From Octopus vulgaris (lineage: Eukaryota), in the NCBI GenBank assembly GCA_951406725.2, contig OX597815.1:93558001-93622000 (forward strand): 64,000 bases of DNA, given 5' to 3'. Below are positions 1 through 14,124 of the stretch, one piece after another. The position numbers and the translations under genes were made by a program. Each line of letters opens with the position of its first letter. Within the stretch, counting starts at the first letter, position 1. The notes under the pieces are model-generated. The model was given only the letters and a program-made list of their open reading frames with translations. It was not told where the DNA came from and searched no databases.

Positions 1-92
1 AGGATCAGGATGACTGCCAACATGTGGTTCTTGGGAAGGCTTACCCACCTCGACAAAGCTGGAGTTCAGGTAGAGCTGTGTGTGTATGTGCA

Positions 93-2520
<2,428 letters not shown>

Positions 2521-2676
2521 ACATAAGGGACTAAAGCCATCTGAATATGGCTAGGGACAGGGCAGGGTGGTGGGGGTGTTACTGTTGCATTTAGCCCCAG
2601 GCGAACATCGACGTCACCAGAAAGGCTCGACACCGTCACGGTGCCCTTAACCTGCAAAGGGAGGTAATTCCCCGAT

Positions 2677-2750
2677 GAAGCGGAAACCACACACGGACCA
2701 TGGTTTCAAGGTGTATTGCCTATCATCGGCGTGTGGTAGGCCTCCGCTTC
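2677..2750 (-). ncRNA. Type I hammerhead ribozyme, monomer 1
   Basis: Reverse complement reads cacacg-CCGATGA-tagg caataca cctt-GAAAC-catg-GTC-cgtgtg, with extended stem I gaagcgga/tccgcttc. Confidence 0.8.
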
Positions 2751-3036
2751 CTCGACGAATTCTCACTCTGCAGGATTTTCTTATATAGATTTTCAAGCAA
2801 AATACATTTGCTGATTTCGAAAATCTGTTCGAAAGCAATAATAATTCTCTAAAAGGGATATAGACAGTAACTGCTCGATAACATAAGGGACTAAAGCCAT
2901 CTGAATATGGCTAGGGACAGGGCAGGGTGGTGGGGGTGTTACTGTTGCATTTAGCCCCAGGCGAACATCGACGTCACCAGAAAGGCTCGACACCGTCACG
3001 GTGCCCTTAACCTGCAAAGGGAGGTAATTCCCCGAT

Positions 3037-3110
3037 GAAGCGGAAACCACACACGGACCATGGTTTCAAGGTGTATTGCCTATCATCGGCGTGTGGTAGG
3101 CCTCCGCTTC
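3037..3110 (-). ncRNA. Type I hammerhead ribozyme, monomer 2
   Basis: Identical to 2677-2750, offset by 360. Confidence 0.8.
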
Positions 3111-3396
3111 CTCGACGAATTCTCACTCTGCAGGATTTTCTTATATAGATTTTCAAGCAAAATACATTTGCTGATTTCGAAAATCTGTTCGAAAGCAATA
3201 ATAATTCTCTAAAAGGGATATAGACAGTAACTGCTCGATAACATAAGGGACTAAAGCCATCTGAATATGGCTAGGGACAGGGCAGGGTGGTGGGGGTGTT
3301 ACTGTTGCATTTAGCCCCAGGCGAACATCGACGTCACCAGAAAGGCTCGACACCGTCACGGTGCCCTTAACCTGCAAAGGGAGGTAATTCCCCGAT

Positions 3397-3470
3397 GAAG
3401 CGGAAACCACACACGGACCATGGTTTCAAGGTGTATTGCCTATCATCGGCGTGTGGTAGGCCTCCGCTTC
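3397..3470 (-). ncRNA. Type I hammerhead ribozyme, monomer 3
   Basis: Identical to 2677-2750, offset by 720. Confidence 0.8.
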
Positions 3471-3756
3471 CTCGACGAATTCTCACTCTGCAGGATTTTC
3501 TTATATAGATTTTCAAGCAAAATACATTTGCTGATTTCGAAAATCTGTTCGAAAGCAATAATAATTCTCTAAAAGGGATATAGACAGTAACTGCTCGATA
3601 ACATAAGGGACTAAAGCCATCTGAATATGGCTAGGGACAGGGCAGGGTGGTGGGGGTGTTACTGTTGCATTTAGCCCCAGGCGAACATCGACGTCACCAG
3701 AAAGGCTCGACACCGTCACGGTGCCCTTAACCTGCAAAGGGAGGTAATTCCCCGAT

Positions 3757-3830
3757 GAAGCGGAAACCACACACGGACCATGGTTTCAAGGTGTATTGCC
3801 TATCATCGGCGTGTGGTAGGCCTCCGCTTC
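3757..3830 (-). ncRNA. Type I hammerhead ribozyme, monomer 4
   Basis: Identical to 2677-2750, offset by 1080. Confidence 0.8.
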
Positions 3831-3942
3831 CTCGACGAATTCTCACTCTGCAGGATTTTCTTATATAGATTTTCAAGCAAAATACATTTGCTGATTTCGA
3901 AAATCTATATAAGAAAATCCTGCAGAGTGAGAATTCGTCGAG

Positions 3943-4016
3943 GAAGCGGAGGCCTACCACACGCCGATGATAGGCAATACACCTTGAAACCATGGTCCGT
4001 GTGTGGTTTCCGCTTC
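3943..4016 (+). ncRNA. Type I hammerhead ribozyme in the inverted arm
   Basis: Stem I cacacg(3958-3963)/cgtgtg(3998-4003); core CCGATGA 3964-3970; stem II agg/cct with loop CAATACA; GAAA 3986-3989; palindromic stem III ACCATGGT; predicted cleavage after GTC at 3997. Confidence 0.8.
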
Positions 4017-4218
4017 ATCGGGGAATTACCTCCCTTTGCAGGTTAAGGGCACCGTGACGGTGTCGAGCCTTTCTGGTGACGTCGATGTTCGCCTGGGGCT
4101 AAATGCAACAGTAACACCCCCACCACCCTGCCCTGTCCCTAGCCATATTCAGATGGCTTTAGTCCCTTATGTTATCGAGCAGTTACTGTCTATATCTCTT
4201 TTAGAGAATTATTATTGC

Positions 4219-4231
4219 TATATATATATAC

Positions 4232-4263
<32 letters not shown>

Positions 4264-4289
4264 ATACATATACATATATATACATATAC

Positions 4290-4320
<31 letters not shown>

Positions 4321-4321
4321 C

Positions 4322-4394
<73 letters not shown>

Positions 4395-4409
4395 CATATA
4401 TATATATAC

Positions 4410-4478
<69 letters not shown>

Positions 4479-4531
4479 CATACATACATACACACACATA
4501 CATACATACATACATATATATATATATATAT
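4219..4531. repeat. (TA)n/(TACA)n microsatellite
   Basis: Read directly from the sequence. Confidence 0.95.
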
Positions 4532-5149
4532 GCATGACTGGGCCTTTTGCCCAATTTCTTTCCTTCTTAAGACACTACGACTTTCCATTACCTCCTTGAC
4601 TATCTCTTTCTTAATATTACTTTTCTTACAACCCAGAACAATTTCACTTGTTATCCACCCTTCATCCATTAATACTGTTCTCTCCACACTTTCACTGATT
4701 GCCCCATCTTTTCACTGAGCCACCAAATTATCTCTCCTCTCCCACCCCATGTATTTTTCACCTTCCTCATGCACTTTGCCTATCTGTTCTCCACCCACTC
4801 CTACAACTTATTCAATACCACTTCTCTCTCATCCTTCTCTTGTCTACTGTTTCAATATAACTATTCTGCAGCTCCACACTGTTAGTCATATTCTAATCTT
4901 GGCCCCTCTGCCCCACTCATTTCTAGCCACCTCATACCTTGAAAGTCCACTTCATATCTTTTTATCCCTTTCTAGCTCCACCCAATCTCTCTTCTAAAAT
5001 GTGAGTAGCCATGTAGCTCCTCTCTACAGCAAGAAACCTCCTCTGCTCCCTTCTCTAATTTTACCCCTTTCTCATCCCTTATCTCCAAGCATAACATAGG
5101 CTTATAAAATGCATGGTGACAAGAATTTTGAATAGGCAGTCTCTACTCG

Positions 5150-6340
5150 CAAGGTCAAAAGCCTTCATGAGGCCAACAATGTAGAGTGATTGTCTTTGCA
5201 CTGTGCATTTTTCTTGTAATTGTCATAGGGAGAAGATCCTCATTCCAAACACTGGCACTAACTAGAGCCTATAATTACAAGATGCTATCATCCAGAATAC
5301 TACATGGATCACTTATTGGTTTGCTGCAAGATCTGACTGCAGCCAAAAAAGATGCATAATATGAAGCCAACCAGCAAGCAGCATATTGATGTTACTATAA
5401 CATCATCATCATCATCGTTTAACGTCCGTTCTCCATGCTAGCATGGGTTGGACGGTTCGACCGGGGATCTGGGAAGCCAGAAGGCTGCACCAGGCTCCAG
5501 TCTTATCTGGCAATGTTTCTACAGCTGGATGCCCTTCCTAACGCCAACCACTCCGTGAGTGTAGTGGGTGCTTAGTTCATCAGATTACAGATGAGGTGGG
5601 ATTCTCTCAGGGTTTCTATCCACAATGTTCATCTGAAAACTTTTGGTAAGAAATGTTGCAAAACACAGGATTGGTTTGAAGTTATTCTGGGCAAACTCAC
5701 AACTTTCAATGAAGCAAAATGTGCTGCACTACTTGAACATAAATTCCACACCCATCCAGGCAACCATACAAATATTAAGATTAGAAAGTTGCAAGCCCAG
5801 AGAACAATCAGACACTGAGCAACTGACTATTGGCTACAGCTTTGCAAAGGTATCAATCAACATTTGATACAGAGGATATCCATGGAATATATGAAAGCAT
5901 AAAGAAGGCCAATGGCCCAACCATGAGCAAGATAACATCACCATAAACCATAACAGGTGAGACCATCAAAGATAAAGGCAAGCAAATGGAAAGATGGTAA
6001 TATTCCACAAAATTAAACCATTTCAGTGTGCAAGATACCATGGAATGTCAGTCAGTGATGGAGGAACTGGGTACTCTGTCAATTGTTGAAAAAAAGAGCA
6101 AAACTATTGATTATCTCCCCCCTACTGGTAAGGCACCAGGATTGGATGGCACCCTGTTATGTCACTCACACAAACTCCTGATTCAGTGCTGGAAAGAATG
6201 AGCATTTCCACAGACCATGAGGCAGCAACACTTAACCCATACAATAACAAATGAGATAGAAGCGACAACAACAATTTCCCTGCTGAGCATCATTAGGAGG
6301 GTCAGGGTCTTCATTTGTGGGGTCCTAAACAAACTCCAGG
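5150..6340 (+). mobile_element. Decayed RTE-like LINE fragment (endonuclease-RT linker and start of RT)
   Basis: Fragmentary frames such as RWDSLRVSIHN..KTFGKKCCKTQDWFE and GETIKDKGKQMERW resemble RTE/BovB ORF2; multiple stops. Confidence 0.55.
5401..5572 (-). mobile_element. 3' end of RTE-type repeat with (GAT)n tail
   Basis: Matches 62528-62710, which is contiguous with RTE coding remnants. Confidence 0.8.
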
Positions 6341-6435
6341 TCAGAATACTGTGCGTGTGTGCATATAAATATATACATATGCACACACACGCATATTTAC
6401 ATACATATAGATGCATTTATATATATATATATATA

Positions 6436-6777
6436 TATCATCATCATCGTTTAACGTCTGCTTTCCATGCTAGCATGGGTTGGACGGTTCAACTGGAGTC
6501 TGGGAAGCCCGAAGGCTGCACCAGGCCAGTCAGATCTGGTGGTGTTTCTACAGCTGGATGCCCTTCCTAACGCCAACCACTCCGTGAGTGTAGTGGGTGC
6601 TTTTTATGTGCCACCGACACAGGTGCCAGACGAGGCTGGCGAACGGCCACGCTTGGATGGTGTTTTTTACGTGCCACCGGCACGGAGGCCAGGCGAGGCT
6701 GATATATATATATATACTTTTAGGTACATGCATACACATGCACACACGTGTATGTATATAAATATCTATACAGTGTA

Positions 6778-6823
<46 letters not shown>

Positions 6824-7002
6824 CACATACACAGTATGCTGGTGGCACGTAAAAGCACCCATTACACTCTCGGAATGGTTGACATTAGGAAGGGCATCCA
6901 GCTGTAGAAACCACGCCAAGACAAAACGAGTCTGGTGCAGCCTTCCAGCTTGCCAGCCCTGGTCAAACCATCCAACCGATGCCAGCATGGACAATGGACA
7001 TA
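6436..7002. mobile_element. Two RTE-type 3' tail copies in opposite orientation (6436-6700 minus; 6836-7002 plus)
   Basis: Shared motif tttctacagctggatgcccttcctaacgccaaccactccg and its reverse complement. Confidence 0.75.
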
Positions 7003-8286
7003 ATACATATGCAGAAAAACCAATGCTCATAAACTTACATATATATGTTTATCTCAACAGCCTCATATCTGCCATTGACACCACCACTTCTTTGCCACTC
7101 CATACATCCTTATGTTCCTCTAACCTTCATCTCTGTTACTATACATCTCTCTTTCACACACATTCACGCCACACTTCATCTGCCTATTTTTCATTCATCT
7201 GCTGTTTTATTATACTGTGACACTCCACCCAATCTCTACAGCCACTTACCATCTCCACTGCTATTTCTTTCACTTCCCAACACCAAAATTATATTTATCA
7301 TTGAGCACAGCTCCACTCTTGTTCACCATTTATTACATTCACCACAACCCTCATCTCTAATCTCACAGCCTTGAGACCTTATCCATAGATTCTAAACCGA
7401 TCCTCTGTCACTATTCTCTCTCATACTCACCTTCCATCTTAAGAGTATGCACTGAGAGCTTCTCAGTAAAATCTTTATCTCTTTTTCCAAATACTCCCAC
7501 TCACCCTTATATAATATGAGGTGATCATACATTTCTGCAGCCAGACTCCTATTCCCATCCATCTATATTTTAGCTCTCAACACCTGGCATAAAGTCACTT
7601 CCTGCTGTACAACACCTACACTGCATCAAGGGAGGTTTTTTTCTGCCTTGTAAGTTACTTGGTAACTTCACTAGAGCAGGCACAACAAAAATCATACACA
7701 GTACACTCTATAAATTGATTGGCATGAGGAAGAGCATCAAATCATAGAAACAGCACCAAAGAAATCCTCCAGCTTCGTATTAGCATGGAAGATAGAGATT
7801 ATGATGTTGATGTCAAATGCATACATATATATAGATACATACACACACACACTTAAACATGAATATATAAGCACATTCACACATATAATTATGTATACAT
7901 GTATTTAAACACCCATGTAAACATAAGAATATTTATATATGCATGTGTGTGTGTTCTCCATTCTCTACTTTAGCATGGTTTCTATGGGCAGATGCCTATG
8001 CTAATGCTAACCATTCTACAGAGGGCTTTTTACATGACACTAGTAGCAGCGAGGTCAACAAGTAACTAGCAAGACAAGACCTCTCAACCAATGGGAGACA
8101 AGAATTGAGGGAGGTGAAAGGTTATAATATAAATAGAGGGGCAGAAATAGCTGTCTAGAAATAGAAGAGGAGATACATGCCTACCTCAGTTGGAGAGAGA
8201 GAAATAAATAAAGAGAGAAGAGAGTGGAGAGACAGAGCAGAGTTCTGAATACATACACATAGATATACATGTGTATATATACACAC

Positions 8287-8868
8287 ATCATTTAACATCT
8301 GCTTTCCTTCCTGGCATGGTTAGACAGTGTGACTGAAACTGATAAGCTGTAGGGCTACACCAGATTCCAATCTAATTTCACATGGTTTCTACGGCTGGAT
8401 GCCCTTTCTAACAGCAACCACTCCGAAAGTGTAATGGGTATGTTTTATGTGACACCAGCACAGGTGCCAGTTACATGCTACCAGCACAGGTACCAGTTAC
8501 ATGACACCAGTATTGTCCATGACTACAAATTCACTTGGCTTGACAGGTCTTCTCAAGCATATCACAGCATGTCACCAAAGGTCTCAGTCACTTATGGCCT
8601 CTGCAATGCTCAATGTTTGAAAGGTGCATTTTATGTGCCACTGGCACAGGTGCTGGTTATGTGACACTGGCATCAACCATGACTATGATTTCACTTGGCT
8701 CCATGGATCTTCTCAAGCACAGCATACTGCCAAAGGTCTCAGTCATTTGTCATTGCCTCCATGAGGCCCAACGTTCAAAGATCATGCTTCACCACCTCAT
8801 CCTATGTCTTCCTAGGTCTAACCTTTCCCACAGGTTCCCTCCACAGTTAGAGATTGGGACTTCTTTAC
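8287..8868 (-). mobile_element. RTE LINE 3' end remnant
   Basis: Similar to 62528-63360 (tail, gtgccac repeats, ctaggtcta.cct.tccc region). Confidence 0.7.
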
Positions 8869-8914
8869 ACACACACATACACATATATATATATATAAAA
8901 TGAAAAATGTATTG

Positions 8915-9975
8915 TAAACAAGTGACAGGTACAAAATGTACAACGTATACTGAGTGTACAACCAGACACAGAAGATCCCTAATTCTTCATCAACCAGATG
9001 GTATTACTTAGTTTCACACCTTCAACGATAAGACCAAGAACTTCCCATGCTGTTGGTGCCCACATAAGTTGCAGAGAATATAGGGCCGAGAGCAAACCAA
9101 AAAATACAGAGTGGACATACAAAAGTGAATAAACGTAATTTAAGATGATGGACAAGGATGAAACAAACATGAAATGAGCAAAATATAGCCTTCAGGACAA
9201 AAAGACAAGAATGGTGGATAACACTTAGAAGGTACCTATAGGATTAGAAAACAACAAATAGAAAGACAGTGGGACATGGAAATTTCAGGACTGGTAAACC
9301 AAGTGGTGTGAAAAAGGGAGAGAAAGAAGAAGGACTGGCGACAGGTCATGTGTCAGCAGCAGGCAGAGGAAAAAGGGCAAGCGAGAGAGAGCAACAGAGA
9401 AAAAACAAGGGAGGGGATGAAGGTGGAAAAAGGAGAAAGGCTTTCTTTTTCTAGCCTTTCTCCTTTTCCCCCCCTTCATCCCTTACTTTGCTTTCTCTCT
9501 CCCTCTCTCTTGCCCTCTTTTTCCTTTGCCTGCTGCTGACATGTGACCCTGTGGCCAGCCCTTTTTTCTCTCCCTTTCCACACCATGCATGTGTAGCTGA
9601 CCAGTCCTTAATTCTCTGTGCCCCACAGTCTTGTTATCTGTTGTTTTCTAATCCTTCAGGATTCCTTCTAAGTGTTATCCACCATTCTTGTCTTTTTTGC
9701 CACAAGGCTCATTTCTTGTTTGTTTCTTCTGCTCATTTCTTGTTTGTTTCATCTTTGTCCATCATCTTAAATTACATTTATTCACTTTCGAATGTTCACT
9801 TTGTATTGTTTGTTTGCTCTCAGCCCTATATTCTCTGCAACTTTCAAGGGCCCTGCCAGCATGGGAAGTTCTCAGTCTTATCATTGGTTGATAACTGATG
9901 GAGAATTAGGAACCTTCTGTGTCTGCCTCTCATCCAGTGGTACACTCAGTATATGTTGTACATTTTTTTCACTTA
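8915..9975. repeat. Diverged ~1.05 kb palindrome (arms ~8915-9442 and 9453-9975) flanked by (TA)n
   Basis: aaaggagaaaggct / agcctttctcctttt meet across a 10-nt spacer, and the arms align throughout (e.g. gacaagaatggtggataacacttagaagg / ccttctaagtgttatccaccattcttgtc). Confidence 0.9.
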
Positions 9976-10111
9976 TTAAATAATGGAATGCAATGCAGCA
10001 CAGCTTTTATTATCAGTAAGTTATATATATATATATATTTACAGATAAATTCCTCTATTTACATAATATCGAGGTCTCTTTCATTCATTTGTTGCCTTGC
10101 CATTTCTATTA

Positions 10112-10143
<32 letters not shown>

Positions 10144-10206
10144 TACACACACACATTTTTATATAAAGGGATATGTATATCCATATTTATAGATATATAA
10201 TAGATA

Positions 10207-10960
10207 TCAAGTATTTGGGCTAAGTTTGATGGTATTTTTGTTTCCTTTTTACAGGAACAGCTTGATGTATTGGTTAACAGTCAATAGCATTGGAGAGCAT
10301 GAAGATTAAAGTTGTAGTTGAGAAAAAGTTACCTGACATAGAGGACTAGAAGCCATTTGAATATTGGAAGGGCCTGTGGGAAGGGACACAGCAGGTGTTC
10401 TGACTGCATCCACATGCCAGAATTCATCCCCACATCTTTTGCACAGGCCTTTAAGCTCAATTCAGATGGTATGTGAAGCTGCAGGAGACTATGGTCAATA
10501 CCTGGCTGGAGAGGGTTGCTGCTGGAAAGCCATTTGAGTAGCAACAAGATTCAGAACCTTGCCATACCTCCGGAAAGAGACAGAAGTGGTTGTCAGAGAA
10601 TTTCTATGACTTCACCAAGCCCCAATTTCTGGCCTAATTCCTCCAATTATATTCCCATGGATTACTATAGGTGGGGTGCAGTTGACAATGATACCAACTG
10701 TTGCTGCAACACCAAAGTCGAGCTAGTGGCCAGGATCAAGGAGTTGTTCAAAGATCTAGGGGCACAGTGAGGAATATATGTGTCAAGTTCTGGTGCCATC
10801 TTGAGGCTGTGGTGGAGGCTGAGGGTAGCTACTTTGAGTGAACTGTTATCTCCCAGCCATAATCTCAGAAATTTCTTTATTGATATTTTAAAAACATTGA
10901 TTTTTGGATGGAGTATTGTTTTTTTTTTCTTTTTATACAAACTGTCAAATGTAGGCTGAA
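10207..10960 (+). mobile_element. Tc1/mariner (maT-like) internally deleted relic
   Basis: PNFWPNSSNYIPMDYYRWGAVDNDTNCCCNTKVELVARIK resembles the WPxxSPDLNPxDY C-terminus; related to 59634-60510. Confidence 0.65.
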
Positions 10961-11011
10961 TACCAAGTGTGTATACACACACACACACACAAACACATGC
11001 ATGGCTATATA

Positions 11012-11050
<39 letters not shown>

Positions 11051-12055
11051 GTATACTAATATATACGTATGTATAAATATACATATATTTATTTCTTTAA
11101 ATATAAATTCATTCATGTGTATTTTAATATATATATATATACACACACACAGCTGTCTACTTTTCTGTGTGTGTGTATATATATATATATATACACATAA
11201 ACATACATATAGACATATTTATATACATATGTATATAAACATATAAATGCAGATACCTATATCCATATTTCTATAGGTACATATATACACATGCATACAC
11301 ACACACATATATACACACACTCATAAACATATATCTATATAAACAATGATATATATATATATATACACACGCACACACACACACACATGATGATGATGGC
11401 TATCCACCCCATAACCAAGAATGACCATCACTGACCATTAAGAACATTGTGCACTTGGACAAATTTATACATTCTACTTGAGGCTCCACAGGTGACTAAT
11501 GAGCCTAGCACTTCATAAACATAAATGTGTGCAGATATTGCAGACCAATATTTCCTAATCCACAACACCAGCAGTGTGTTTTCAAGTAACTTGCTTAAAT
11601 TTTGCATTATAAAATGCATGTTTTTTCAATACCACTCACTCCTTTCTTTACTTCTTTCCTCCATTAGTGACAATGGCAATCTTTGCTTCACGAACTAACC
11701 TCCTATATTCCACAGGCTTTCAACAATCCTTAAATTGTAGTCTTAATTTCTACTGGGTGTGTTTTCCGCAAACAAGTTCACCATATATATATATATCAAC
11801 TGCATAAAGATCTTCCAATCAGTCATCTGAACAAGATGTCCAGTCCAACGTAACTAGTGTTTGTGCCCCATTGCCTCAATACTCAGGACATCAGCTCCCC
11901 TCTAGACCTCTGTGCCTGGCATCTGCATGGATCAGCCAACATTTAGAACATGTCTCAGACATCTCTGACGGAAGCACTCAAGAACCCCTACAAGATGCCT
12001 GTATGCATACATATATGTATATATACATATGACTACTCATACATGACATATTTGC

Positions 12056-12128
<73 letters not shown>

Positions 12129-12291
12129 CATATATATATATACATGTACCTATACAGTTATTTATAGAGGTATATAGTGTATACATAAATGTATTTACAT
12201 ATAATGTCCAACAAACGTCAGCATGGAGACACCGAGATTAAATGATTATATTGATATAATGTGAGAATCTGTATAAACATATATATATATT

Positions 12292-12330
<39 letters not shown>

Positions 12331-12367
12331 GCACATACACATATATATATGTATTCATACTTGTATA

Positions 12368-12399
<32 letters not shown>

Positions 12400-12734
12400 C
12401 TAACACACTCACACATATACATTTACATAAATGCAGGAATTCATTCATATATACATACACACACAAACATATATATTTATACATACATAGAAATAAATAG
12501 ATATCATCGTTATAATTTAACGTCCACTTTTCCATGCTGACATGGGACAAAGAGAATTTATTGCGGCAGATTTTCTACGACCAATTGGCCTTCCTGTTGG
12601 CAACCCTCAGAAGGTAATAACATTTCAGTAGCTACACATAGGAAATTGAAAATGAATGACACAACTTGAATGACAGTGACACTCATTTATCACTCACGCA
12701 ATGTCAAGACAAGGGGACGTAAGCATACACACAC

Positions 12735-12890
12735 ACAACAGGCTTCTTTCAGTTTCCGTCAGCCAAATCTATTCACATGTCTTTGGTCAAACCAAGGATA
12801 TAAGATTCTTGCCCTAAGAACTAACGCAGTGGAACTGAACTGAACCCGGCATCACATGGTCAGAAAGCAAGCTTCTTAACCATACAGCCA
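12735..12890 (-). mobile_element. tRNA-derived CORE-type SINE, partial
   Basis: Reverse complement of the 5' half of 56989-57393. Confidence 0.7.
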
Positions 12891-13343
12891 CGTCCGTGCA
12901 TTTGTATGTGCATGTATGTATATCGTTCGAAATTTATGTATAAAAGAAAAAAAATATATATATATACATACACCACATATGCACGTATACGTATATAATA
13001 TAGCATGTATGTGTGTGTGTGCGTGTATGTATGTATATATATATATATTAGAGAGAGATTCTAATGTATGCGTGTGTGTGTGTATATATATACACATATC
13101 TACTCATATACACATATGTTACATACATTACACCACATATTCACATAATTTTCATACAGATATATATATATATATACACATACATAACACACGTCCATAT
13201 ATACGTATATATGCATATAATTATGTAGATCTATTTGGATACATTCAAGTACACACACATAAATATACGTAACTATGTTTGTATATACACATTTACATAC
13301 ACACACAATGTCTATACATTCATATATATTATACACACACACG

Positions 13344-13381
<38 letters not shown>

Positions 13382-14063
13382 ACCATACATTTATATATAC
13401 ACATACATGCATATAGATAATTTTAGATGCATATCTATTTATATAGATTTTTGATTATGTATATATACACTTTTACAGTAGCATCCATACATATACGTTT
13501 ATGCATGTAATTTGTGCATGCGGTGAGATACTCATGAATGCGCGTACCTCAGCACATGCACAAATGTCTTACGCGTATAAGCACACAATTATATGCACTT
13601 ACAGTTATGTATATTTTCATACATCTTTATACATGTACATTTGCATTTATGTATGCACACATATGTATACATTTTTATGCATCAATACATGTATACACAT
13701 CACGCTCATACACAGATGCACCCACCCATCCAAACACTCTTGTATATATACCTATATTCCTAATTGTAAGCGCACACACGCGCGCGCTGAAGTGTGTGTG
13801 TGTGTGTGTTAGTATTGTTCATACATAATTTGATAAAATGAAGAGTAAAGCAATTCTGTCCTAAAGAAAAATCTCTTTGCTCCTCATCTCTTTTCAGCAA
13901 AGTTTTATTGGATAGAATGAGATGTTGGAAAACATATTAAGAGGAAGACTAACAACTACAATAACTATACGAAATGGAATTAAATTATTTAGTCCTTTAC
14001 TGACAGAAGTTAATTACATGTATTTATTATTTAAATAGAGAACGGTTGATGTAACAAATCAGT

Positions 14064-14124
<61 letters not shown>

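Larger units (their letters stand above)
2518..4219. mobile_element. Retrozyme-like element: 3.9 identical 360-bp tandem monomers (2518-3906) plus an inverted arm (3899-4219), inserted in (TA)n
   Basis: The lines starting at 2521, 2881, 3241 and 3601 are identical (period 360). 3554-3874 and 3899-4219 are reverse complements with 1 mismatch. Each monomer contains a type I hammerhead motif and there is no credible ORF. Confidence 0.85.

Noticed and set aside
40-80. Possible small minus-strand exon (G|GTAAGC donor near 44)
   Set aside because: Only a splice-like motif; no supporting frame or homology.
2672-2707. Opposite-polarity hammerhead (CCGATGA-agcg-GAAACCA..TGGTT) suggesting an ambisense viroid-like RNA
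   Set aside because: No stem II or stem I can be formed; it arises from the complement of the real ribozyme's extended stem I.
2863-2961. HDV-like ribozyme reading of the crossing stems
   Set aside because: Lacks the short P3/L3, P1.1 and P4 arrangement; kept only as a generic pseudoknot candidate.
2518-3906. CRISPR array or ordinary satellite
   Set aside because: No unique spacers, eukaryotic context, low copy number, and it contains a ribozyme motif and an inverted arm.
2647-4599. Repeated 63-198 aa ORFs in the 360-bp unit
   Set aside because: No recognisable domain, non-ATG starts, and stops within each unit; RNA structure explains the sequence better.
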